NCBI RefSeq assembly: GCF_947494555.1
Contig: NZ_CANLVF010000006.1
Location: forward strand, 101,374 to 165,373
Reading direction: 5' to 3'
DNA length: 64,000 nt
Source: an uncultured Roseibium sp.
GTDB lineage: Bacteria > Pseudomonadota > Alphaproteobacteria > Rhizobiales > Stappiaceae
In this document: positions 9,181 to 19,517 of the stretch, one piece after another
How positions within the stretch are numbered: position 1 is the stretch's first letter
Layout: each line of letters starts with the position of its first letter
Translations under genes and position numbers: made by a program
Notes under the pieces: generated by a model
The model's input: the letters and a program-made list of their open reading frames with translations, nothing else
What the model was told of the DNA's origin: nothing
Database searches by the model: none

Positions 9181-9965
9181 CGGATATCCCTCCAGACCTT
9201 CCAGGGGGCATCACCGCTTTGCCATAGGTTTTCCAGATACTGCTTTTCGCGCAAGGTATCCATCGGTTGCCAGAACCCCTCGTGAACGAAGGCCGACATC
9301 TGGCCATCGTGCGAAATGCCCTTCATCGGAGCCTGTTCCCAAGGAGTGTCCTCGATATCAGGAGCCTGAAGATATGCTTCGATCTTCGGTGAAAGCACAA
9401 AAAAACCACCGTTGATCCAGCCGCTTTCCCCTCTGGGTTTCTCCACGAAGCCACTCACTTTTGTGTCTTCTATTTCAACCGCGCCGAAACGGCCGGGCAG
9501 CCTCACTGCAGTAACCGTTGCGAGGCGGCCTTCCTTGCGATGAAAAGCGATGCTCTCGGTGATGTCGATATCGGACAGACCATCGCCATAGGTCATGCAG
9601 AAATCGCTGTCACCCACATAAGGCAGTATCTTCTTGATCCGGCCGGCCGTCTGTGTGTTCAGCCCCGTCTCGATAAGCGTGATTTTCCAGGGTTCGGACC
9701 TGTTTTCGAGCAGCTCCACACCGCCGTTTTTCAGGTCTATCGTGACGTTTGATACATGCATCAAGTAGTTGGCAAAAAACTCCTTGATCATGTAACCCTT
9801 GTATCCGAGGCATATGATGAACTCGTTGATCCCGTGCGCGGAATACATCTTCATGATGTGCCAGAGGATCGGTTTGCCACCGATTTCGACCATTGGCTTT
9901 GGCCGGGTGACCGTTTCTTCGGCCAGCCTTGTTCCGAGCCCCCCCGCCAGAATTACCGCTTTCAT
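9177..9965 (-). CDS. rfbF: Glucose-1-phosphate cytidylyltransferase
   Basis: AVILAGGLGTRLAEET..PKPMVEIGGKPILWHIMK, TYGDG, WINGGFF, FWQPMDTLR. Confidence 0.95.
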   Translation of the reverse strand: MKAVILAGGLGTRLAEETVTRPKPMVEIGGKPILWHIMKMYSAHGINEFIICLGYKGYMIKEFFANYLMHVSNVTIDLKNGGVELLENRSEPWKITLIETGLNTQTAGRIKKILPYVGDSDFCMTYGDGLSDIDITESIAFHRKEGRLATVTAVRLPGRFGAVEIEDTKVSGFVEKPRGESGWINGGFFVLSPKIEAYLQAPDIEDTPWEQAPMKGISHDGQMSAFVHEGFWQPMDTLREKQYLENLWQSGDAPWKVWRDIR

Positions 9966-11059
9966 TTAATCGGTTCCATTTGTTCCATTGAGCTTAGAGC
10001 GGTCTCATATTCATTGATCTGGGCCAGCGTCAATGCTGTCAGGTCTTCGCCATCATTGAAGCCCCTATACCATTCAACCGTTCTTTGCAGTGCGGTCCGG
10101 GTGTCCCACACCGGACGCCATCCCAACCCGAAAAGCGCCTTCGAATTATCCAGTGCAAGTATCCTGGCTTCTTTCTTCTCTGTGTCAGCGTGCCCCGTAG
10201 TGCCCCAATCGGCACTCCCACCCCAACACGCTTTCAAGACATTCGCGATTTTCCTGACTTCCCAGATGCCCTCGACATTCGGACCAAAATTCCAGCCTTC
10301 GCCGAATTGTTTCGGGTCTTCGGCGAGCCGTTCGGCAAGGAGCATATACCCGCTCAGCGGCTCCAGAACGTGTTGCCAAGGCCTGATCGCATGCGGGTTC
10401 CTTATGATCGCGGTCTCGTTTTTCATGAAAGAGCCGACAATATCCGGAACCAGTCTGTCGATTGCCCAGTCGCCGCCGCCGATCACGTTGCCGGCTCTGG
10501 CAGTTGCCAATCCCGTCCGGTTTTGCGCAAAGAAGGAATGCCGGTAGGACGCGGTAAGAATTTCCGCCGCCCCCTTGCTGGCTGAATACGGGTCCTTGCC
10601 GCCGATAGCCTCGTTCTCACGATAGCCCCAGACCCATTCCTTGTTGTCGTAACACTTGTCGCTGGTTATGACGACAATCGCTTCAAGCCCAGTGACCGTC
10701 CGGAGCGCATCGAGCAAGTATGCGGTTCCCATGACGTTTGTTTCGAACGTTTCGAGCGGGCTGTCATAGGACAATCGCACCAGCGGCTGTGCGGCGAGAT
10801 GGAAGACGATTTGAGGGCTGCAACACTCAATCGCGTCCCGGACCAGCGCCGGATCCCGCAAATCCACCCTGAAGTCGTTTTCCAGACCGTTGCCCGCGTC
10901 AGTGCAGACATAAAGATGCCGTTCGCTTTCCGGGTCGAGTGCAACGCCGCTTACATTCGCGCCAAGCCGTTTCAGCCAGTGGAGCAGCCAACTGCCCTTG
11001 AACCCCGTGTGACCGGTGACCAGAACGCGCTTGCCCTGCCAAAATTCTTTTTTGAGCAT
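9962..11059 (-). CDS. rfbG: CDP-glucose 4,6-dehydratase
   Basis: FWQGKRVLVTGHTGFKGSWL, HLAAQPLVR, TSDKCY, DPYSASK, RAGNVIGGGDW, RPWQHVLEPL. Confidence 0.95.
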   Translation of the reverse strand: MLKKEFWQGKRVLVTGHTGFKGSWLLHWLKRLGANVSGVALDPESERHLYVCTDAGNGLENDFRVDLRDPALVRDAIECCSPQIVFHLAAQPLVRLSYDSPLETFETNVMGTAYLLDALRTVTGLEAIVVITSDKCYDNKEWVWGYRENEAIGGKDPYSASKGAAEILTASYRHSFFAQNRTGLATARAGNVIGGGDWAIDRLVPDIVGSFMKNETAIIRNPHAIRPWQHVLEPLSGYMLLAERLAEDPKQFGEGWNFGPNVEGIWEVRKIANVLKACWGGSADWGTTGHADTEKKEARILALDNSKALFGLGWRPVWDTRTALQRTVEWYRGFNDGEDLTALTLAQINEYETALSSMEQMEPIK

Positions 11060-11088
11060 AATATCTTTCTGACGCTAGATGTCCCCGG

Positions 11089-11982
11089 TTATCCGGCTGT
11101 GTCATCCCATTCCCGCAGCAATTCTTCAACACCTTCCGCGATTTTTATCTTTGGCTCCCACCCACTGAGTTTTGGTCCGACAAACGGCACCATAAGCTGA
11201 TTGCTGCGATAGGGGCGCGCTCCCCAATTGACGTTCATCGCCCGACCAGAAACCGTTTCGACAACGCGTGCCAGCTCTCTCACCGTTATGACTTCATCGC
11301 CGCAAACATACTGATTGGGGTTGGATGACCCGGTACCATCGCTCAAGTTCTCGAGCGCCAAAATAACCGCGGCAACCGCATCCCGAACATGGAGTGGCAC
11401 CATCTTCTGCAGGCCCGGGGTCGCATCCATCGAGTTGCCGGTTCTGGCAGCCGAAATCAGCTCCGGAAGAAGCTTCGGCCTGGTGTCGCCAGGGCCATAC
11501 AAGTCGTACAAAACAAGAGTTATCGCATTCAAATCATGCCAGTCAGCATAATAGCTCAGCATCTCGGAAAACGCTTGCTTGGTAGCCGCGTAGAGCGAAT
11601 TGGGCTTCACATCACCGTTTTCACCAAACTGCGAAAAGGTGCCCATGTTGACAAAACCGGTCACGCCCGCCAGCCGTGAAGCCTCAAGGATCTTGCCGCC
11701 GAAAAGCAAATTGGCGTTCAGAATGTCCATTGCGTTTCCGGCAGTTTCATCAGCCGGATAAATTGTCGCCACATGGATGACGCGCGATATCTTCTGGCGT
11801 TTGAAATCATCTGCGAGCTTCTGGACGTCACCGTCATCCCGAAGGATCTGAAAGTTCGCATATGCCTCCGGCGGTCGTCCCGCCCGAACCAGGGCGAAGG
11901 CGGGAATGTCTCGCTTCTGGAGTTCACGCATTATGTGCCTTCCCAAGAACCCGCTCGCCCCTGTTACCAGAACAGCACTCAT
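11089..11982 (-). CDS. NAD-dependent epimerase/reductase, RfbJ/RfbS (abequose/paratose synthase)-like
   Basis: GASGFLG, YAATK, DLYGPGD, WGARPYR; immediately upstream of rfbG. Confidence 0.75.
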   Translation of the reverse strand: MSAVLVTGASGFLGRHIMRELQKRDIPAFALVRAGRPPEAYANFQILRDDGDVQKLADDFKRQKISRVIHVATIYPADETAGNAMDILNANLLFGGKILEASRLAGVTGFVNMGTFSQFGENGDVKPNSLYAATKQAFSEMLSYYADWHDLNAITLVLYDLYGPGDTRPKLLPELISAARTGNSMDATPGLQKMVPLHVRDAVAAVILALENLSDGTGSSNPNQYVCGDEVITVRELARVVETVSGRAMNVNWGARPYRSNQLMVPFVGPKLSGWEPKIKIAEGVEELLREWDDTAG

Positions 11983-12245
11983 TCATAATCCCCTTCAGCG
12001 GTACATTGGTGCAAAGACATCTAATTCGAAGGACTGACAGTCAACAAAACAAGACCCGTTGCCATCCCTAGATCTATGCTCAGACCATTTTGAACTATCC
12101 CAGTTGCAAACCAACCTTGACAGCACAATCGATAGAAAGTGGTTTTCTGGCCGATACGCATCGCAACGATATCTCACCTTGTGCGGCAAATAATCAAAAC
12201 GCACTGCTTCACCTTCATCTGAAAGGTATTTTCGTAAAAAATAGC

Positions 12246-13088
12246 CTATTGCTTTCTGTAGAAGAGAAAGTTTGCACGTCCGTCGGACCAAACGACTTTG
12301 TAGCCTCGTTTCTTTAGAAGAGTGCTTACCTCAGTGGCCCTGCCATAAGCCACTTTTGAGGGGAAATTCAATTCATCAATTTCCAGAAGTATCTGTTTTG
12401 GATAGAAGTCCTTGGACAGCATGTGCCTGATGACTTCAATCTCCGCCCCTTCGATATCCAGCTTGACAAGCTTAACCTGAGACAGATCGACACCCATTTC
12501 GTCGAGCATCGAAATCATATCGATTGCCGGCACATCAATGTAGTCCGTCTCTTTGCTGTACTCATTTTGAAAATTACTGATTGAATGCGAGACGTTTTTC
12601 TTGTCCTTCGGCTCATAAAACCGAACGGATGTGACTGCGTTCCAAAGAGCCTTTTTCACAAGTATCAGTTTGGACGTGTCGATTTCCGACAGTTCATACG
12701 CAGCAGGGTCTTGCTGCCCTGTACTGTTGAAAGACTGGCTGCTTGGCAAACCAAATCTGTCGCTAATCTGTTCGAAGTGAACGACGGCTCGAGGTGTCGG
12801 ATCAACGATGATTACCTTCGCGCCGTAGCGATTTGCAAAAGCAACATCAAAAGAAGCGTCTTCGCCCAGTCCCGCAGATATGATCACGGAGCCTTTGAGG
12901 TCGTCGTCGTCAACGAAGGTCCAACCGCCATACTCGGTACCTAACGCGATGAGCGGATGATCACTCGATGAAAAGCGAAATTGCAAAGAATGTTTCTTGC
13001 CGCGAAGCACCTTGATTTGATGTTTAGCTCTTTTGACCAGATCAGAGATCGGTCTTTTTTTGTTTTTTGACTTCGCAGGTTTCAACAT
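12246..13088 (-). CDS. FkbM-family methyltransferase
   Basis: SAGLGEDASFD, IVDPTP, KALW, VKLDIEGAE motifs. Confidence 0.8.
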   Translation of the reverse strand: MLKPAKSKNKKRPISDLVKRAKHQIKVLRGKKHSLQFRFSSSDHPLIALGTEYGGWTFVDDDDLKGSVIISAGLGEDASFDVAFANRYGAKVIIVDPTPRAVVHFEQISDRFGLPSSQSFNSTGQQDPAAYELSEIDTSKLILVKKALWNAVTSVRFYEPKDKKNVSHSISNFQNEYSKETDYIDVPAIDMISMLDEMGVDLSQVKLVKLDIEGAEIEVIRHMLSKDFYPKQILLEIDELNFPSKVAYGRATEVSTLLKKRGYKVVWSDGRANFLFYRKQ

Positions 13089-13332
13089 TCACCCCATTTC
13101 TCGCAAATCTTCACGCGCAATCTTGGCATCGCGCTGCCAACCTGTCTTCGTTTGACATTCAAATTACAAGGTGGTGTTCACCGTACCAGGCCCTGGAATG
13201 CGCACCGTGACATGATGCAAACAGTTTTCCAATATTCCTGTATAGTTGGATCGTCCACGACCCTTGTTGTTTTTGAGATAACAACGAGCTTATCGGACCA
13301 CCTCGGGTTGGCGACGATTGGAGCTCGCAGCG

Positions 13333-14583
13333 TTATACTTGCGCATCTGCTCCGATCAGAAAGTTGTTCCCTAGACTGGCCAGATATTTCTCCCGCGCCG
13401 CACGGCGATTGTGGTGACTTTCCCCTCGCGACATGGCTGCTTCACAGATTGCCTCCGCAAAACCGCTGTCCGAAGAGGCTGCAAGCGCGTTGCCACTGTT
13501 CAAAAGGTTCTGCATCGAGATCCCCTCCGAATGAATGACAAACTTTTCTGCTGCGACCGCGTCCTGGATGATCCCCGATCCCTGCAGGCCATAGACAGCA
13601 GTGTCGTATGGAAGCAAGATCGCATCGGTTGAAAGAAAACGGTCCGTAAACTCACTCGGGTCCAGGCGGTCAGAGAGTTTTAGAATACGAAGTATGCCCT
13701 CGTCGGCTTTGTATTTGTCTGCAAAGGCGTAGACACCACCATCAACGTAGTTTTCTTCAGCGCCTTGAAGCAGTATCTCGATTGGCCTTTCCTGTGGCGC
13801 TGTTTTCAACCGGTCTTCGATGCAGGACACAATGGCGCCGATCCGTTCGTAACCTTTTCCGGGCCGTGGAGCGCCAAAAAGCCCAATTCTGAAAGCGTCG
13901 GATATTGGCCTTTCCGGCTGTATCGGTGGGTCCGCGGGGTCGAAACTGCACGGGAGATAAAAGCCGCCCTTAACGTCCAGCCCATATTGCGCATTCAGAT
14001 ATGCGGCCATCTCCTCGGTTTCGCAGGAAAGCACCAGATTGTTCGCAGCTGCCAAGGTCTTTGACAGAACCTTCAAACGTTCTTTCCGGCGGAAACCCTT
14101 GTGCTCACCCAGTTCGGGATCGAGGAAGCGAAGAAGAAGGCGCGGCGTTTGGCCTTGCTTGTTTTCAACAAACCAGCATGTGGATTCGAGCGACTCCAGA
14201 TCTGCCGAGGGGACAATAACCAGATCGTCCGAGCTCATCTGCAACGCATCGCAGGTCTTGGCCAGGACATGCCCGTAAGATGATCCGGGCAGAGACAGGA
14301 TCTGTCCCGCTACCAGCGCCCGCAAGGCTGCATCTATTTTCTGCCTGGCGGATCCGTGCCTGGTCCGCCAGTACAGTTTCGACAAGTCCCTGGAGCGTTT
14401 TGACGTTCTCGCGGTCGCTTCGCCCAGGAATCCGTTGTAATCCTCCCCGGTGATCAAATGAAGATCAAATCCGGGTAGCATATTGCGCAACGCACCGATC
14501 TGGGTGTGCTGGTGCCCGCGATTGCGGACGAGTTTCTGCTCGACGATAACCAGCTTTCGTTGAGGGCTATCCTGAAAAGACAT
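13333..14583 (-). CDS. GT-B (GT4-like) glycosyltransferase
   Basis: GHQH N-terminal motif, LFGAPRPGKG, DAILLPYD...SGIIQDA; directly downstream of fcl. Confidence 0.65.
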   Translation of the reverse strand: MSFQDSPQRKLVIVEQKLVRNRGHQHTQIGALRNMLPGFDLHLITGEDYNGFLGEATARTSKRSRDLSKLYWRTRHGSARQKIDAALRALVAGQILSLPGSSYGHVLAKTCDALQMSSDDLVIVPSADLESLESTCWFVENKQGQTPRLLLRFLDPELGEHKGFRRKERLKVLSKTLAAANNLVLSCETEEMAAYLNAQYGLDVKGGFYLPCSFDPADPPIQPERPISDAFRIGLFGAPRPGKGYERIGAIVSCIEDRLKTAPQERPIEILLQGAEENYVDGGVYAFADKYKADEGILRILKLSDRLDPSEFTDRFLSTDAILLPYDTAVYGLQGSGIIQDAVAAEKFVIHSEGISMQNLLNSGNALAASSDSGFAEAICEAAMSRGESHHNRRAAREKYLASLGNNFLIGADAQV

Positions 14584-14589
14584 GCCGCT

Positions 14590-15561
14590 TCAGCGTCCGG
14601 AACCAAAGGCCTGAGAATAGGTATCCGAGATGCCCTCGCGCAGCGCGCGCGCGGCGTTCCAACCGAGTGAATTCAACAAAGATGTATCAGCCAGTTTACG
14701 AGGTGTCCCGTCCGGTTTGCTTGCGTCAAATTTCAACGTTCCGTCAAAGCCGACAATCTCGCAAACGAGTTCCGCGAGAACCCTGATGCTGATTTCCTCG
14801 CCCGATCCGATGTTGACCGGTTTCGCCCCCGAATAGGTCCTGGCCAGATGCACGACCGCATCGGCGAGGTCATCGACATGCAAAAACTCTCTCAACGGAG
14901 TGCCACTGCCCCAAACTTCCAGCGTGTCGTGACCTGCCACCTTGGCTTCATGCGCTTTTCGCAAAAGAGCCGGCAGCACGTGGCTGGACTCAAGGTCATA
15001 GTTGTCCCCCGGACCGTAGAGGTTCGTGGGTTGGACTGAAATGAAATTGCTTCCATATTGCGCGCGATAGGCCTGACACAGCTTCACACCTGCGATTTTT
15101 GCGATCGCATACCACTCGTTTGTCGGCTCGAGCGGTCCTGTCAGGAGACTGTCCTCGCTTATCGGCTGAGGCGCCATCTTGGGATAGATACAGGTCGATC
15201 CCAAAAAGACGAGTTTTTTGACTAAAGTCTGATGAGCCGCATGAATGACATTCGCTTCAATCATGAGATTGTCATAAAGAAACTCTGCCGGATGGGAACT
15301 GTTGGCCTGTATGCCGCCGACCTTCGCAGCGGCCAAGAACACGACGTCAGGCCGACTGGCGTTCATCCAGGCTTCAACTTCACCCTGTTGCTTCAAGTCA
15401 ACCGCCTGCCTGTCGACCGTAAGGATGTTGCATGCTTCGCTCTGCAAACGGCGGCAGAGCGCGCTTCCAACCATTCCATTGTGACCGGCAACGAAAACCC
15501 GTTTTGCCGTCAGGTCGAATCCGGACCGGCCTGTGAGGTCGCTTGAAGGTGTTCCTTGCAT
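14590..15561 (-). CDS. fcl: GDP-L-fucose synthase
   Basis: VAGHNGMVGSA, LAAAKVGGI, LGSTCIYPK, EPTNEWYAIAKIAG, PTNLYGPGDN, REFLHVDDLA, KPDGTPRK. Confidence 0.95.
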   Translation of the reverse strand: MQGTPSSDLTGRSGFDLTAKRVFVAGHNGMVGSALCRRLQSEACNILTVDRQAVDLKQQGEVEAWMNASRPDVVFLAAAKVGGIQANSSHPAEFLYDNLMIEANVIHAAHQTLVKKLVFLGSTCIYPKMAPQPISEDSLLTGPLEPTNEWYAIAKIAGVKLCQAYRAQYGSNFISVQPTNLYGPGDNYDLESSHVLPALLRKAHEAKVAGHDTLEVWGSGTPLREFLHVDDLADAVVHLARTYSGAKPVNIGSGEEISIRVLAELVCEIVGFDGTLKFDASKPDGTPRKLADTSLLNSLGWNAARALREGISDTYSQAFGSGR

Positions 15562-15573
15562 GAAAGCCTCAGT

Positions 15574-16653
15574 TCAAGCGTCCGTCCGAGAGGAATTCTT
15601 GGCATTGTCCAGCTCGGCCGGAACAGTTTCCAAATCGGATCGCACCATTTGTGCCACCATGTCCTTGAAGGACGTTTCAGGCACCCAGCCCAAGGTGTCG
15701 CGAGCTTTGCGGGCGTCACCGATCAGGAGATCAACTTCAGTCGGCCGGAAGTAACGCGGATCGACCGAGACGATCACGTTACCCGTCTCTTTATCAATCC
15801 CCTGTTCGTTCACACCTTCACCTTCCCAACGAAGGGCAATTCCGACCTCGCCAAAGGCCAATTCAACAAACTCACGAACCGAGTGCTTTTCGCCGGTTGC
15901 CAGCACAAAATCATCCGCGACATCGTTTTGAACGATGCGCCACATCCCCTCGACATAATCCTTTGCATGGCCCCAGTCGCGCTCTGCGTCGAGGTTTCCG
16001 AGGTAAAGCCGGTCCTGCAAACCAAGCTTGATCGCAGCAACCGCGCGAGTAATTTTTCGGGTGACGAAGGTCTCTCCGCGGATAGGGCTTTCGTGATTGA
16101 ACAAGATGCCGTTGCTGGCGTGAATTCCGTAGGCTTCTCGGTAGTTTACGACAATCCAGTAGGCATATAGCTTGGCTGCCGCATAAGGACTGCGCGGGTA
16201 AAACGGCGTCTTTTCCGATTGCGGCACTTCCTGCACCTTGCCGTAAAGCTCGGAGGTGGACGCCTGGTAAAATCGCGTTTTGTCCGTGAGGTTCAGGAGA
16301 CGGATCGCCTCAAGCAGGCGCAGCGTTCCCAGGGCATCCGCGTTGCCCGTATACTCGGGCGTTTCGAAGGACACCTGCACGTGGCTTTGGGCGGCCAGAT
16401 TGTAGACTTCGTCAGGCTGAACTTCCTGCATAATGCGGATCAGGTTGGTTGAATCCGTCATATCCCCGTAGTGCAGGTGCAGCTTTACATTCTTCTCGTG
16501 CGGGTCCTGGTAGAAATGATCGATCCGCGCGGTGTTGAACGATGAGGATCTGCGTTTGATCCCATGAACCGTGTATCCCTTGCCAAGCAGAAGTTCCGCG
16601 AGATAGGCGCCGTCCTGCCCTGTGATACCGGTGATAAGTGCTGTTTTTGTCAT
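15574..16653 (-). CDS. gmd: GDP-mannose 4,6-dehydratase
   Basis: Start re-assigned to ATG 16653 ([23 protein letters not shown]); [41 protein letters not shown]. Confidence 0.97.
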   Translation of the reverse strand: MTKTALITGITGQDGAYLAELLLGKGYTVHGIKRRSSSFNTARIDHFYQDPHEKNVKLHLHYGDMTDSTNLIRIMQEVQPDEVYNLAAQSHVQVSFETPEYTGNADALGTLRLLEAIRLLNLTDKTRFYQASTSELYGKVQEVPQSEKTPFYPRSPYAAAKLYAYWIVVNYREAYGIHASNGILFNHESPIRGETFVTRKITRAVAAIKLGLQDRLYLGNLDAERDWGHAKDYVEGMWRIVQNDVADDFVLATGEKHSVREFVELAFGEVGIALRWEGEGVNEQGIDKETGNVIVSVDPRYFRPTEVDLLIGDARKARDTLGWVPETSFKDMVAQMVRSDLETVPAELDNAKNSSRTDA

Positions 16654-17016
16654 CTGTCCCGTATGTATTGTGCGCGGATACCCGTTGATTGCTGACTGCC
16701 AATCTTTGAGGAATATCTGTGCCGTCGGCGCTGAACCAATTCTCACATTGAATTCAACGCGTAACCGGCTTGACGACGTGTCGGTGGATCGGAGCGTTAT
16801 AGTCGCTCCAACTTCAAAAAAAAAGCGGAAAACGCCAGTTTTCGCTGGCATCGCGGCCGTATCGCACAAATCGGGATTGCCAGTACTCCGGATGTGTTCG
16901 TGAACGCTTGTTTGCCGAACAATCACTGGATTTCTGGTATCCCCGTTGGCATAAGGCTTTAGTTGCGTTCGCCAGGTGGAGAGGCACAAGCCGGTTCTTT
17001 GCCGGCCCGAACAAAA

Positions 17017-17760
17017 ATGAACAAGATCCCGATTGACGTCACGCTTGTGTCCGGCGCGCGAACCGGTCTTCTGCAAAAAACGCTTGAGAGTTTCTCCGAG
17101 CGGCTATTCCGGCATTTCACGCTGGAAACACTTTTCGTGAATATCGATCCATTTGAAGGCGGACGTGCAGAGGTCGAAGAATGCGAGCGCATCTGCAAAA
17201 ATTTCTTTCCTGAGGTTGTGGCCCACAAACCGGAAACGCCGCACTTCACCAAGGCCGTGAAATGGTTGTGGCAACAGCCCTACGCCGAGTGGAGTTTTCA
17301 TCTCGAAGACGACTGGGTTTTGGCGCGGGATGTCACCTATGAGGACTTCGCAAATGCGCTAAAGCGGCGTGTGACTCAGATCTCTCTCATGACCAAAGAG
17401 AAAAACTGGGGGTACCGCTCCCCGTATCACTATGAACCGAGCCGCTTCAAAGTTCTCGGGCACGACCTCGGAAAAGGTCTCAACAAGAAGAGACCGATTT
17501 TCACGACCAGTCCAAGCTTCGTAAAGCGGGAATTTGCGCACGAATGTGCGTCTCTGATGCGCGACGAGCTCGACCCTGAAAAGCAGCTGAACGTACTGAA
17601 TCCGCCACTCAATCAATACACCGCACGCTATCGCAACCACTTCATCGGAAAGCGCCGAGAATATGTGGCAGCAGACATCGGCAGAGAGCACAGGGAAGAA
17701 GTGGGCTTGAAAAAGACGGTCGTCGAAGGAAACAGCGTCTGGACAGAGAAAGGCGAGTGA
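17017..17760 (+). CDS. GT-A fold glycosyltransferase-like protein
   Basis: Start re-assigned to ATG 17017; RxxLLxKTLESF, NIDP, FHLEDDW (DxD-type) motifs; divergent from gmd. Confidence 0.6.
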   Translation: MNKIPIDVTLVSGARTGLLQKTLESFSERLFRHFTLETLFVNIDPFEGGRAEVEECERICKNFFPEVVAHKPETPHFTKAVKWLWQQPYAEWSFHLEDDWVLARDVTYEDFANALKRRVTQISLMTKEKNWGYRSPYHYEPSRFKVLGHDLGKGLNKKRPIFTTSPSFVKREFAHECASLMRDELDPEKQLNVLNPPLNQYTARYRNHFIGKRREYVAADIGREHREEVGLKKTVVEGNSVWTEKGE

Positions 17761-17769
17761 GCCGCGACT

Positions 17770-18513
17770 CTACGCCGCGGTTGTGAAAATCGTGCCTTTT
17801 TGCGCCGCCGTATCGAAGTCGAAGCCGAACAGTTCAAGGTCGGACGCGTACCAATCGGCGACCGCCTGTATGGCGCTTTTTGAATAGAAATCCTTGTAAG
17901 ATGCACTCGCATTGCGAGACACATTCTTGGATTCGAGCCTGTCGGCAACGTCGAAATAGCGCGAGACCTCCTCGCTCAGGTTTTCCTGACGCAAGATCTC
18001 GACCGCAACCCGGCCCGTTTCGTCAACGACGTAATCCGACTGCGGATACCAGCCGAGCGATGCCCTGTGCCAAAAATAGTCCTGTTTGCCGACATCGTGA
18101 CGTGTTTCCAGGAACGCTTCAAAACCGCTCGTGGAAAGCTCGGTTTTCGGCAGTTTCCCACCACCGGTTTGAAGGTAGAACTTGTACCGTGAAAACGTGC
18201 GGGCCCAGGGATTGCGGATCACTGCAAATGCGATGGTCCCGCCGCGCACGGACTTGTCGATATCGCGCAAGCGTGCGTGCTCGTATCCTGGATGAAGTTT
18301 CCTGGATGTCATGAAGTTCTGAAGCTCGTCCGCATACTTCTTGCTGACCAGGCGCCTGCGATGCGCGATGATGATCCGGTCCTTCAAGGCAGGCGCTTCG
18401 CGAAGCGCCATCCCGCCGTTTTTGGGGATGTGCACAAGAAGGTGTTTTTTAGCGGCAAGACCAAGACGTGCGGGCGCAAATTTCAGGAAGTTCTTGAGCT
18501 GGTACTCGTCCAT
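17770..18513 (-). CDS. Sulfotransferase family 2 domain protein
   Basis: 5'-PSB-like VHIPKNGG and 3'-PB-like IRNPWARTFSRY motifs; terminal YASDLELFGF. Confidence 0.75.
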   Translation of the reverse strand: MDEYQLKNFLKFAPARLGLAAKKHLLVHIPKNGGMALREAPALKDRIIIAHRRRLVSKKYADELQNFMTSRKLHPGYEHARLRDIDKSVRGGTIAFAVIRNPWARTFSRYKFYLQTGGGKLPKTELSTSGFEAFLETRHDVGKQDYFWHRASLGWYPQSDYVVDETGRVAVEILRQENLSEEVSRYFDVADRLESKNVSRNASASYKDFYSKSAIQAVADWYASDLELFGFDFDTAAQKGTIFTTAA

Positions 18514-18557
18514 GATTTCTTCTGGATCGTTGCGTCCACTGCGGGACGAGCGGCGTT

Positions 18558-19475
18558 CTACCGCCGCATGTCAATTTGGTGGTGCCTTATCCCAATCTTC
18601 CAGTCCTGTCCATTCATCGGCTCGCCATCCAGGTTGAACTGGACAGGTTTTGCGGTCTGAATGACGATCTCGCGCGCTTTTCTCTGGACAAGGCCGTTCT
18701 TCATGCCGTCGACGCCACTGTCCAGGAGTGTCGAAAGCAGGTCCGTAACTTTCCCGGACTTCGGAAACGGCACAATGGTCAGGTCGAGAAATCCATCATC
18801 GAGCTTGGCACGGGGGCAAAGACGGATCCCGCCTCCGGCGCGCCGTCCATTGCCGACGGCAAGTGCAAGAAAGGCACCTTCCCAGCAAAATCCTTCCGAT
18901 TCGATCCTGCCTTCGCATGCAGCCAGTTCCGAAAACCGGTGCAGACCGGTGAACAAATAGGCCGCCCCGCCAAGGACACGCTTCAGGTTCGGGTCCGTTT
19001 GAGAGGTCACCTGGGTTCCAAATCCACCCGTTGCCATATTGACGAAACAGCAACCGTTGACCTCACCGACATCCATCGGTTTGGCACTGGCACGCGCTAT
19101 AAAACGCAGGCAGCCCGGAATGTCGGCAGGATCCAGACGTATGTGACGGGCAAAGTCATTCGCGGTTCCCAGCGGCAGCACCGCAAATGAAAAGGGTGGC
19201 TTCTCCCCGTCGCCCAGTTCTTGCAGCACCGAATCCACAACTTCATGGATCGTTCCGTCACCGCCGGCGCTCACCAGTGTGTCGATCTCGTCTGCCGCCT
19301 GATCCCTCAATGCTTCCTTTGCAAGCCGCTCCGTATCTCCGGCCTCATAGGTTACACGAACCGAAACCGTATGGCCCATCGCCCTGACCGCGCTCACCGC
19401 CGTGCGCACGTCGTTCCGTGCAGCCGACTTTCCGTTCAAGATCAAGCGCAGGTGTTGCTTGTCATTCCGTCTCAT
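18558..19475 (-). CDS. yegS: YegS-like lipid kinase (DAGK catalytic family)
   Basis: LNGKS, AGGDGT, LPLGTANDFA, FVNMATGGFG, GNGRRAGGG, NLDGEP. Confidence 0.85.
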   Translation of the reverse strand: MRRNDKQHLRLILNGKSAARNDVRTAVSAVRAMGHTVSVRVTYEAGDTERLAKEALRDQAADEIDTLVSAGGDGTIHEVVDSVLQELGDGEKPPFSFAVLPLGTANDFARHIRLDPADIPGCLRFIARASAKPMDVGEVNGCCFVNMATGGFGTQVTSQTDPNLKRVLGGAAYLFTGLHRFSELAACEGRIESEGFCWEGAFLALAVGNGRRAGGGIRLCPRAKLDDGFLDLTIVPFPKSGKVTDLLSTLLDSGVDGMKNGLVQRKAREIVIQTAKPVQFNLDGEPMNGQDWKIGIRHHQIDMRR

Positions 19476-19517
19476 GTATTCGTCGCATTCAATTGTTCTG
19501 GCAGTCTGTCCCGGCAG

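Noticed and set aside
16654-17076. 141-aa N-terminal extension of Gmd in the 500-aa ORF
   Set aside because: Gmd homology begins at MTKTALITG (16653); the extension overlaps the divergent GT gene and its promoter region.
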